In this document: positions 1 through 7,253 of the stretch, piece after piece
Layout: the number at the start of each line of letters is the position of its first letter
How positions within the stretch are numbered: the first letter of the stretch is position 1
Assembly: GCF_001644705.1 (NCBI RefSeq)
Contig: NZ_CP015137.1
Location: forward strand, 4,140,001-4,172,000
DNA length: 32,000 bases
Direction: 5' to 3'
Origin: Dickeya solani IPO 2222
GTDB lineage: Bacteria; Pseudomonadota; Gammaproteobacteria; Enterobacterales; Enterobacteriaceae
Translations under genes and position numbers: made by a program
Notes under the pieces: generated by a model
Told to the model about the DNA's origin: nothing
Databases searched by the model: none
What the model saw: only the letters and a program-made list of their open reading frames with translations

Positions 1-776
1 ATAAGGACATCACCCTGATGCAGAAAGCCGGCTTGAACATCGGTTTTCTGGCCTTCAACACCCGTAAAGCGCCGCTGGATAACGTCAAGGTGCGTCAGGC
101 GCTGACGATGGCGATCAACAAACCGGCGATTATCGAGGCGGTGTTTCAGGGCACCGGCACCGCGGCCAAAAACCTGCTGCCGCCCGGCGTATGGAGCGCG
201 GCAACTGACCTGAAGGACGATGAATACGACCCGGAAAAAGCCAGAGCGCTGCTGAAAGAAGCCGGACTGGCGGAAGGAACCGCTATCGATCTGTGGGCGA
301 TGCCGGTACAGCGGCCGTATAACCCCAATGCGCGCCGCATGGCGGAAATGATTCAGGCCGACTGGGCGAAGGTGGGGGTAAAAGCGAATATCGTCAGTTA
401 TGAGTGGGGCGAATACCTCAAACGGGTGAGGAGCGGCGAGCATCAGGCGGCGCTGATGGGCTGGACCACCGCTACCGGCGATCCGGACAATTTCTTCGGC
501 CCGCTGTTTACCTGTACTTCCGCCAATGGCGGGTCCAACTCCGCCAAATGGTGCTACCCACCGTTTGATAAGCTGATTACCGACGCGCGCGCCGAGCAGG
601 ATCACCAGAAACGCGTGGAATTATATCGTCAGGCGCAGTTCATGATGCATGAGCAGGCGCCGGCGGTGATGATCGCGCACTCGACTATCTTTGAGCCGGT
701 GCGCAACACGGTGACGGGCTATGAAATCGACCCGTTCGGCAAACACATTTTCTATCAGGTGGATATCCGGCAGTAA
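1..776 (+). CDS. Periplasmic dipeptide-type ABC substrate-binding protein (family 5, DppA-like), C-terminal part; 5' end off-window
   Basis: The frame is open from nt 3 (KDITLMQKAG...) to TAA at 774-776. It is colinear with my recollection of the E. coli DppA C-terminal half (AMPVQRPYNPNARRMAEMIQADWAKVGV, GDPDNFF, KWCY, HSTIFEPVR, GKH). A terminator follows, not permease genes, so I give no symbol. Confidence 0.85.
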   Translation, partial: KDITLMQKAGLNIGFLAFNTRKAPLDNVKVRQALTMAINKPAIIEAVFQGTGTAAKNLLPPGVWSAATDLKDDEYDPEKARALLKEAGLAEGTAIDLWAMPVQRPYNPNARRMAEMIQADWAKVGVKANIVSYEWGEYLKRVRSGEHQAALMGWTTATGDPDNFFGPLFTCTSANGGSNSAKWCYPPFDKLITDARAEQDHQKRVELYRQAQFMMHEQAPAVMIAHSTIFEPVRNTVTGYEIDPFGKHIFYQVDIRQ

Positions 777-788
777 CCTCTGCGCCGC

Positions 789-824
789 AGCGGGAAAGCC
801 TTGGCTTTCCCGCTGGTTCTTTTG
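789..824 (+). terminator. Rho-independent terminator of the DppA-like gene
   Basis: Arms AGCGGGAAAGCC (789-800) and GGCTTTCCCGCT (803-814) are followed by GGTTCTTTTG. Confidence 0.7.
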
Positions 825-850
825 CCTGTCCCCCCTTGCGCGGTTTTTTT

Positions 851-950
851 CCGTAGAGAGCTACTCCTATAGAGTGCTACTCCTATAGAGAGCTTCCTCC
901 GTCTACAGCTTCTCCCATCGACAGTTTCTCCCGCCGACAGTACCATTGCC
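851..950. repeat. Degenerate 16-17 bp tandem array, 6 units, immediately upstream of dusC
   Basis: Units: ccgtagagagctactc / ctatagagtgctactc / ctatagagagcttcctc / cgtctacagcttctcc / catcgacagtttctcc / cgccgacagtaccattgcc. They share a core of (A/C)AG..(T)CTCC. Confidence 0.75.
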
Positions 951-975
951 TGCCTTTTTTATGATGAGTCGAGTT

Positions 976-1911
976 ATGCGCGTTTTACTGGCCCCGATGG
1001 AAGGGGTGTTGGATTCCCTGGTGCGGGAATTGCTCACGGAAGTGAATGATTACGATCTGTGCATCACCGAGTTTTTGCGGGTGGTGGATAGCCGTTTGCC
1101 GGTAAAAGCCTTTTATCGCCTGTGCCCGGAATTGCGCCACGGCAGCCGTACGCCGTCCGGCACGCGGGTGCGGGTGCAACTGCTCGGTCAGTACCCGCAA
1201 TGGCTGGCGGAAAACGCCGCCCGGGCGGTGGAACTGGGTTCCTGGGGCGTTGATCTTAACTGCGGCTGCCCGTCGAAAATGGTGAACGGCAGCGGCGGCG
1301 GCGCCACGCTGCTCAAAGACCCTGATTTGATCTACCGGGCCGCCAAAGCGATGCGCGAGGCGGTGCCGGCATCGCTGCCAGTGACGGTGAAGGTGCGGTT
1401 GGGCTGGGACTCCGGCGATCGCCAGTTTGAGATTGCCGATGCGGTGCAGCAGGCGGGAGCCAGCGAGCTGGCGGTGCACGGTCGTACCAAGGAGGACGGC
1501 TACCGGGCGGAGCGTATCAACTGGGCGGCGATTGGCGAGATCCGCCGGCGTCTGCGTATTCCGGTGATCGCCAACGGCGAAATATGGGACTGGCAAAGCG
1601 CGCAGGACTGTATGTCCGCCACCGGGTGCGACGCGGTAATGATTGGCCGCGGTGCGCTCAACGTGCCCAACCTGAGTCGGGTCATCAAATACCGCGAGGC
1701 GCGCATGCCGTGGCCGGATGTGGTGCAACTGTTGCAGAAATACGTGCGGCTGGAAAAGCAGGGCGACACCGGCCTGTATCACGTGGCGCGCATCAAGCAG
1801 TGGCTGGGCTATCTGCGAAAGGAGTACCACGAGGCGAGCGAGCTGTTCAGCCAGGTTCGTGCGCTGACGACCTCGGCCGATATCGCACGGGTTATCGACG
1901 CTATCGGATGA
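976..1911 (+). CDS. dusC: tRNA-dihydrouridine(16) synthase DusC
   Basis: ATG 976 gives [33 protein letters not shown]..., colinear end to end with E. coli DusC as I recall it. The ORF-track start (TTG 946) adds 10 unsupported codons. Confidence 0.95.
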   Translation: MRVLLAPMEGVLDSLVRELLTEVNDYDLCITEFLRVVDSRLPVKAFYRLCPELRHGSRTPSGTRVRVQLLGQYPQWLAENAARAVELGSWGVDLNCGCPSKMVNGSGGGATLLKDPDLIYRAAKAMREAVPASLPVTVKVRLGWDSGDRQFEIADAVQQAGASELAVHGRTKEDGYRAERINWAAIGEIRRRLRIPVIANGEIWDWQSAQDCMSATGCDAVMIGRGALNVPNLSRVIKYREARMPWPDVVQLLQKYVRLEKQGDTGLYHVARIKQWLGYLRKEYHEASELFSQVRALTTSADIARVIDAIG

Positions 1912-1936
1912 ACTAATATCGGATGAACGGATATCG
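1902..1936. repeat. 15-bp-period tandem duplication spanning the dusC stop codon
   Basis: tatcggatgaac occurs at 1902-1913 and again at 1917-1928, with a partial tatcg at 1932-1936. The TGA stop lies inside unit 1 and is itself duplicated. Confidence 0.8.
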
Positions 1937-2668
1937 TGTCGCGGGCAATGGCCTGAGCACATTAACCCGAACGGAAATGAGGCGGCGCGTTACCGGCAGA
2001 GCGACTATGCGGCGGTGACGATTTATTCGTGAAAAGAAAATTTACAACAATGTGCCCGTTTAATCGGTAAAACGGGAGCGGGTGGATTGAATTATTCCGT
2101 TTTCGAATCTATACATGAGTAGCGAAAAACCGTTTTGTAATAGTGACACGATGAAATAGCCGGTGATTGGTGTAAAACACCGTGTTGCGTATTGCGGTCA
2201 ATCCGGGGCCGCGCGAAAATCCAGTCATTGGCATTCATTGCGATGAATTCCAGTAAAACCGAACTGGTTGGCATTTACTGAGTGAGATTTCTTTTGCAAA
2301 TCCATCATGATGAAAAATGAGGGATTTGTTTTCTGGTAAGGAATAGATGGGGCGTCTGTTTAATCCGTTCTCTTTTTTAGCATGGTGTTCGCGCGCCGTG
2401 CCTGTGTTTGTGGTTCTCATTTCAGCAAAACGTACCGATAAGATTGCCGGCTGACGAGGCCTGCTGGTCGTTGTCCGGGGAGAGTCCGGGTCGGCGTGCA
2501 GCGGTAAGCCGTGGTGATTCGCTGTGCAGCGATGGCAGCTCGAATAAGAAAATTAGCATGATAGTAATACTTTTAATGGCAAATATGACGTTATCTGGAC
2601 GCCCGTCCCTGCCCGTATTTACCCCATAATGAGACGCGTCAGAGAGAACCGATAAGCGGAGAAAGAAC

Positions 2669-3208
2669 GTGCACGAGCATTTCAGAGGGAAATATGAAGT
2701 TGAATTGAAATTTCGTATTCAGGATATTAGCGCTTTTCGTGAAAATTTATTCAGCCACCATCCTGAGTCGTTTGTGTTCGAAAATAAGGAAAACGATATT
2801 TATTATGATTCGTCGGAAAAATCGCTGGGGCGACAGAATATCAGCATGTTATTGCGCCGCATGTCGCCCTCTGGAATTAAGCTCTGGATTGTAAAAGGGC
2901 CGCGTACCGGGCGCTGCGAGGCCGTCAACGTCGAGTCGTGCGACATGACGGACAGTATGCTGAAAACACTGGGATTTATGCCGATCTTCGAGGTGAATAA
3001 AACCCGCAGCATCTATTTTCTCGACCGGTTTCATATCACGCTCGATTATATCGAGTCGCTGGGGCATTTCGTGGAAATATCCTGCATGACCGAGGAAGAA
3101 GCGGAGCTGGATATTCTGGGCGAGCATTGTCAGGATTACGCCTTGCGGCTGGGGTTGCAGATGAGCAGCATCGAAACCCGCTCCTATCGGCAATTACTGG
3201 GGTACTAG
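2669..3208 (+). CDS. cyaB: Class IV adenylate cyclase (CYTH / CyaB family)
   Basis: GTG start lies 7 nt after GGAGA. It encodes 179 aa. The EVELKF motif matches the CYTH ExExK signature. Strong colinearity with the 179-aa Yersinia pestis AC-IV as I recall it (GKYEVELKF, ISM.LR.M.PSGI.LWIVKGP, KQRSIYF..FHIT.D, PRSYRQLLG). Confidence 0.85.
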   Translation: MHEHFRGKYEVELKFRIQDISAFRENLFSHHPESFVFENKENDIYYDSSEKSLGRQNISMLLRRMSPSGIKLWIVKGPRTGRCEAVNVESCDMTDSMLKTLGFMPIFEVNKTRSIYFLDRFHITLDYIESLGHFVEISCMTEEEAELDILGEHCQDYALRLGLQMSSIETRSYRQLLGY

Positions 3209-3246
3209 GTTTATATTGGGGTACTAGGCTTATATATAGCGGGGTA
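3198..3246. repeat. 19-bp tandem duplication spanning the cyaB stop codon
   Basis: tggggtactaggtttatat (3198-3216) and tggggtactaggcttatat (3217-3235), plus a partial gcggggtat. The TAG stop (3206-3208) is inside unit 1. Confidence 0.8.
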
Positions 3247-3304
3247 TGTCCGTTGCGGGGTCATAGCATACCGGGATATAGCCAGAACGAAATATAAACT
3301 GAAC

Positions 3305-3321
3305 GCCCGGCGTCGCCGGGC
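3305..3321 (-). terminator. GC hairpin between convergent cyaB and queH (better oriented for queH)
   Basis: gcccggc-gtc-gccgggc. On the minus strand it is followed by GTTCAGTTTATATTTCG. A second hairpin, ccgatagt/actatcgg (3330-3351), overlaps the queH stop. Confidence 0.5.
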
Positions 3322-3340
3322 GGGCTGAACCGATAGTGGA

Positions 3341-4024
3341 TTAACTATCGGACGGGGCGTCGTCGCCGTAATAGAGTTTGCCGATGCGGATGATGTCGCG
3401 ACCCTGCGCCTTGCGGTGTTTATTGGTGTCGCGCAGCGAGTAGATGCAACCGCAGTACTCCTGCTGGTAGAAGTGTTCCCGTTTGCTGATTTCAATCATA
3501 CGTGCCGAGCCGCCGCCTTTACGCCAGTTATGGTCCCAGTACGTCATGCCGGGATAGTGGCTGGCGGCGTTGGTGCCGCACTGGTTGACCTGTTGCATGT
3601 TCTTCCAGCGCGAAATGCCCAGCGAACTGGAGATAACCGAAAAACCGTGTTCGTGGGCGTATAACGCGGTGCGCTCAAAACGCATATCGAAGCACATGGT
3701 GCAGCGAATGCCGCGTTCCGGTTCCCATTCCATGCCTTTGGCGCGCTCAAACCAGTTATCGCTGTCGTAATCCGCGTCGACAAAGGGAACGCCATGCTTT
3801 TCGGCAAAACGGATATTTTCTTCCTTGCGGATCAGATATTCGCGCTGCGGATGAATGTTCGGGTTATAAAAGAAGATAGTGTAATCAATGCCGGAAGCGG
3901 TGATGGCTTCCATCGCTTCGCCGGAGCAGGGCGCGCAACAGGAGTGCAGCAACAGTTTGTCGGCCTGATTGGGCAGTGTCAGCACCGGGCGCTGAACGCC
4001 CGCGGTCTGTTCCTTGTCGGACAC
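3341..4024 (-). CDS. queH: Epoxyqueuosine reductase QueH (DUF208)
   Basis: Contains the Cys motifs [21 protein letters not shown] and EYCGCIYS, typical of QueH. I place the start at GTG 4024, 7 nt after AAGGA. The ORF-track start (GTG 4198) adds 58 Arg/Pro-rich codons with no SD. Confidence 0.8.
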   Translation of the reverse strand: MSDKEQTAGVQRPVLTLPNQADKLLLHSCCAPCSGEAMEAITASGIDYTIFFYNPNIHPQREYLIRKEENIRFAEKHGVPFVDADYDSDNWFERAKGMEWEPERGIRCTMCFDMRFERTALYAHEHGFSVISSSLGISRWKNMQQVNQCGTNAASHYPGMTYWDHNWRKGGGSARMIEISKREHFYQQEYCGCIYSLRDTNKHRKAQGRDIIRIGKLYYGDDAPSDS

Positions 4025-4039
4025 GGTCTCATCCTTTTT

Positions 4040-4069
4040 GGGTCGTCTTGGGTCGTCTTGGGTCGTCGA
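4040..4069. repeat. 10-bp tandem repeat x3 (gggtcgtctt) just upstream of the queH start
   Basis: Copies at 4040-4049 and 4050-4059 are identical. The copy at 4060-4069 matches 8/10. Confidence 0.8.
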
Positions 4070-4237
4070 TGGTCTGGATTGTCGTCGAGGCGTCGCCCGG
4101 TCTGGCCACCGGTGCGAGACGCGCGGCCAGTATCCGTTATCACTAACCTGATGACAACCGCTGAACGGGCGGGCGGCGCGGTTGTCAAACTTTGTCACAA
4201 AGCTTTTTCAGCAGGCGGAGTGCACGCTATCCAAGGG

Positions 4238-4251
4238 CGCATTATAATGCG
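4238..4251. promoter_or_regulatory. Perfect 14-bp palindrome CGCATTATAATGCG giving a consensus TATAAT on both strands (candidate divergent pbpG/queH -10)
   Basis: TATAAT lies on plus at 4243-4248, about 50 nt before the pbpG ATG. TATAAT lies on minus at 4246-4241. The -35 regions are weak. Confidence 0.35.
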
Positions 4252-4298
4252 TCGGTCTCTTTTTTCAGTTAACAGTATACTGTTTAAGCTATTGAATA

Positions 4299-5252
4299 AT
4301 GAATAAAAAATTTTGCCTTTCCGTTGTAAGCCTGCTGTTGTTTTCCGCGCCTGTCTGGTTTGCGCCGCAGGCCGTCGCCAAAACGCCTGTGACACAACAT
4401 GTTACATCCCATCAGGATATTGCTTCCGGCAGCGCGATGGTGGTGGATTTACGTAATAACGAGGTGCTCTATTCCGCCAATCCGGATGTGGTGGTGCCGA
4501 TTGCCTCGGTCACCAAACTGATGACCGCCATGGTGGTGTTGGACGCCAATCAGCCGCTGGACGAGCGCATTTCCGTTGATATCAGTCAGACTAAAGAGAT
4601 GAAAGGGGTGTATTCCCGCGTGCGTCTGGGCAGCGAGATCAGCCGCCACGACATGCTGTTGCTGGCGTTGATGTCGTCGGAAAACCGCGCGGCGGCCAGC
4701 CTGGCGCATCACTACCGCGGCGGGTATCAGGCGTTTATCGCCGCGATGAACGCCAAAGCGAGAGCGCTGGGCATGACGCATACCCGCTATGTGGAACCGA
4801 CCGGGCTGTCGACCAGCAATGTCTCCTCCGCCCGCGACCTGACCAAGCTGCTGATCGCGTCCAAGCAGTATCCGCTGCTGAGCCAGCTCAGCACGACGCA
4901 GGAAAAAACCGCGGTGTTTACCCAGCCGTCCTACAGTCTGCCGTTTCGTAACACCAACCATCTGATCTACCGCCAGGACTGGAACATCCAACTGACCAAG
5001 ACCGGCTTTACTAATCAGGCCGGCCACTGTCTGGTGATGCGCACGGTGATCAACGGGCGGCCGGTGTCGCTGGTGGTGCTGGATGCGTTCGGCAAATTTA
5101 CCCATTTCGCCGATGCCAACCGCCTGCGCAACTGGCTGGAAACCGGCAAAGTCAGCCCGGTGCCGGAAGCGGCGCTGAGCTACAAGAAACAGAAGTCGCT
5201 GGCGTCGCGCCAGCCGCACGGCGCCGACGTCACGGCCGCCGTGGACGAGTAA
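4299..5252 (+). CDS. pbpG: D-alanyl-D-alanine endopeptidase PBP7
   Basis: Signal peptide ending FAPQAVAKT, an SVTK (SxxK) motif and an SEN motif. Colinear with E. coli PbpG as I recall it. Confidence 0.95.
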   Translation: MNKKFCLSVVSLLLFSAPVWFAPQAVAKTPVTQHVTSHQDIASGSAMVVDLRNNEVLYSANPDVVVPIASVTKLMTAMVVLDANQPLDERISVDISQTKEMKGVYSRVRLGSEISRHDMLLLALMSSENRAAASLAHHYRGGYQAFIAAMNAKARALGMTHTRYVEPTGLSTSNVSSARDLTKLLIASKQYPLLSQLSTTQEKTAVFTQPSYSLPFRNTNHLIYRQDWNIQLTKTGFTNQAGHCLVMRTVINGRPVSLVVLDAFGKFTHFADANRLRNWLETGKVSPVPEAALSYKKQKSLASRQPHGADVTAAVDE

Positions 5253-5271
5253 CCGGCAGGATAGGGCGGCG

Positions 5272-5958
5272 TTACGGCGCCGCCCGCCAGTCCTGTACCG
5301 TCTGGCCCCAGCCCACCACCTCGTTTTCATGCTCCGCTTCGCGCCAGGTTTCCGCCAGCGCCTGCTGGTACCATAACTGCATCGCCGGCTGCGCCAGCAT
5401 GTGGCTGGCGTAGTGTTCTGCCTCGCCGGTCAGCGGCAGGCCGTAGGTTTGCGCCCGGAACACCACCGGAGCGAAAAACGCGTCTACCGCGCTGAACTGC
5501 GCGCCCGCCAGAAACGGCCCGCCAAACCGCTGTATGCCTTCCTGCCACAACTGATTCAGCCGATCGATATCGCTCTGCAACGCCGGGGTGATGGCGTGCA
5601 GCTTCACCCGCACGCCGCAGCTCATCGAACACTGATTGCGCAGCGCGCCGAAGCCGGAGTGCATTTCCGCCGCCGCGCTTCGCGCCCAGGCACGGGCGGC
5701 CTTATCCTGCGGCCAGACCGACGGGTGGTTTTCCGCCAGATATTCGGTGATGGCCAGCGAATCCCAGACGGTGATGCCGCCATCCGTCAGGCAAGGCACC
5801 TTGCCGGTCGGCGAGAAGGTTTTGAAGGCGGTTTGAACCGGGCCGGACGCAAACGGGGTCAGCTGCTCTTCAAACGGGATATCCAGTGCTTTCAGCAGGA
5901 TCCAGGGGCGTAGCGACCAGGACGAATAGTTTTTGTTGGCGATGTGCAACTGATACAT
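5272..5958 (-). CDS. Glutathione S-transferase family protein
   Basis: ATG 5958 lies 5 nt after GGAGGA and gives MYQLHIANKNYSSWSLRPW... The GST N-terminal thioredoxin-like and C-terminal helical pattern is present. The ORF-track start 6012 is an extension. Confidence 0.8.
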   Translation of the reverse strand: MYQLHIANKNYSSWSLRPWILLKALDIPFEEQLTPFASGPVQTAFKTFSPTGKVPCLTDGGITVWDSLAITEYLAENHPSVWPQDKAARAWARSAAAEMHSGFGALRNQCSMSCGVRVKLHAITPALQSDIDRLNQLWQEGIQRFGGPFLAGAQFSAVDAFFAPVVFRAQTYGLPLTGEAEHYASHMLAQPAMQLWYQQALAETWREAEHENEVVGWGQTVQDWRAAP

Positions 5959-6055
5959 GTTTTCCTCCGTGGGGATATTAAGACGGTGAATCGTATCGTC
6001 CAGATGTACCACGAAATCAGCGGCATGACACCGCCTGATTGGCGGGAGAACCGTC

Positions 6056-6832
6056 TCAGGCCAGCAGCACCTGTCCGCACGCCGCCTGTAACGCGGGGTA
6101 GTCGGCGTTGTGGACGCTGGCGCCGTCGGTAATCAGCAGGTCGATGTCGGTGGGGGCGGCATAGAGAATGCGGCTGGTCACGCCGACCTTGCTGTGGTCC
6201 GCCAGCATGATGCGTTGTCTGGCGCAGCGCGCCATCGCCCCCGCAATCGCCGCTTCATGATGGGAGAAGCTGCTGGCGCCGGACTGGCTGGCGATGCCGA
6301 CCGGCGACAACAGTGCGATATCGGCGCGGTAGCGCTGGATTTCCGTTACCGTTAGCGCACCGCTGGTGGCCTGTGCGGACGCGCCCATGTGTCCGCCGAG
6401 CAGAATCACCTCGTGCGGCAAGCGTTCGTCAGCGTCGCCGGAGGTGAGTTTCAGCGCCACATTCAGGCTGTTGGTGATGATAGTCATGCCCGGAAGCGGG
6501 AGGAGTTCGCCAGCCAGTAGGGTGGTGGTGCTGCCGGCGTCGATAAACAGCGTCTGGCCGGCTGTTACTTGTTGTACCGCCAGCCGGGCGATCGCCAGCT
6601 TTTCCGGTTCCCGCACCGTGTTGCGCACCGACAGCGGCGGTTCCGGCTCGGCGCCGGTCGCGACAATGCCGCCATGCACCCGGCGCAGCACGCCCTGTGC
6701 TTCCAGCTTGAGTACATCGCGGCGCACGGTTTCCCGCGATACCCCCAGATGCTGAATGATGTGGTCGGTAGTGACCCGGTTAAGGGACGACAGCAGCAGG
6801 CGGATACGGTGCAGGCGGGTTTCTTCAAGCAT
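6056..6832 (-). CDS. DeoR/GlpR-family transcriptional regulator
   Basis: N-terminal HTH (RIRLLLSSLNRVTTDHIIQHLGVSRETVRRDVLKLEAQG) followed by a sugar-phosphate-binding-type C-terminal domain. Confidence 0.9.
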   Translation of the reverse strand: MLEETRLHRIRLLLSSLNRVTTDHIIQHLGVSRETVRRDVLKLEAQGVLRRVHGGIVATGAEPEPPLSVRNTVREPEKLAIARLAVQQVTAGQTLFIDAGSTTTLLAGELLPLPGMTIITNSLNVALKLTSGDADERLPHEVILLGGHMGASAQATSGALTVTEIQRYRADIALLSPVGIASQSGASSFSHHEAAIAGAMARCARQRIMLADHSKVGVTSRILYAAPTDIDLLITDGASVHNADYPALQAACGQVLLA

Positions 6833-6979
6833 CAGCAGGCATTCTCTCGGTCAGGTAGCGGTCGCCGCCATTATAACGGCAAGACGGCGGACGATCAGGT
6901 TCGACAGACAATACGTCGGTTTGTGTAATTTTGTGCTTTTTAGCATAACAGCTGTGCAGATTTTGGCAATTGGGTGATG

Positions 6980-7026
6980 AGAAACCTGTCGGAACGAGTG
7001 GTTTCTGTCTATTTATTTGTTTTTAA
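6980..7026 (+). terminator. Terminator-like hairpin + T-run inside the DeoR/aminotransferase intergenic region (possible leader attenuator or sRNA 3' end)
   Basis: AGAAACC (6980-6986) and GGTTTCT (7000-7006) with a 13-nt loop, followed by GTCTATTTATTTGTTTTT. No plus-strand gene lies upstream. Confidence 0.3.
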
Positions 7027-7205
7027 ATTGATTTAAATTGGGTTGTGATACGATGGTTCGGTGTGCTCAGTCGCCGCTGTGATGCACTTTTTTGGTGATT
7101 TTGTCGCCGCAAAATAGTGCGTATTTTTGTATTTGTGTATTTTGTTGCTTTTGGTGTAGGGTAGTGCTCATCAAGCGGCGCCGGAGAGCCGGCGGCCATC
7201 ACGCG

Positions 7206-7241
7206 TTGGGTACATTACTTTCATTGGGTACATTACTTTCA
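7206..7241. repeat. Perfect 18-bp tandem duplication abutting the aminotransferase RBS
   Basis: ttgggtacattactttca occurs at 7206-7223 and 7224-7241, followed by tctGGAGtcatcATG. Confidence 0.9.
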
Positions 7242-7253
7242 TCTGGAGTCATC

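Noticed and set aside
2092-2629. Three short ORFs (60, 61 and 73 aa) in the dusC-cyaB spacer, considered as genes or as a frameshifted pseudogene
   Set aside because: None has an SD. A stop lies directly upstream of the 2274 start, so the two minus-strand ORFs do not join into one frame. Their compositions are not protein-like and I recognise no family. The spacer remains unexplained rather than coding.
5264-5285. Hairpin gggcggcg/cgccgccc between convergent pbpG and the GST gene, considered as a terminator
   Set aside because: The stem overlaps the GST stop codon and no T-run follows on either strand. It may contribute to termination, but I cannot call it a terminator.
7092-7253. N-terminal extensions in the ORF track: 7092 for the aminotransferase, 946 dusC, 4198 queH, 6012 GST, 8744 bglX, 26496 dps, 29224 MFS, 24621 glnP, 25447 glnH and 13860 for the TPR protein
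   Set aside because: In each case a downstream ATG or GTG has a properly spaced SD and reproduces the ortholog N-terminus or signal peptide. The extensions run through promoters, repeats or terminators and encode implausible peptides.
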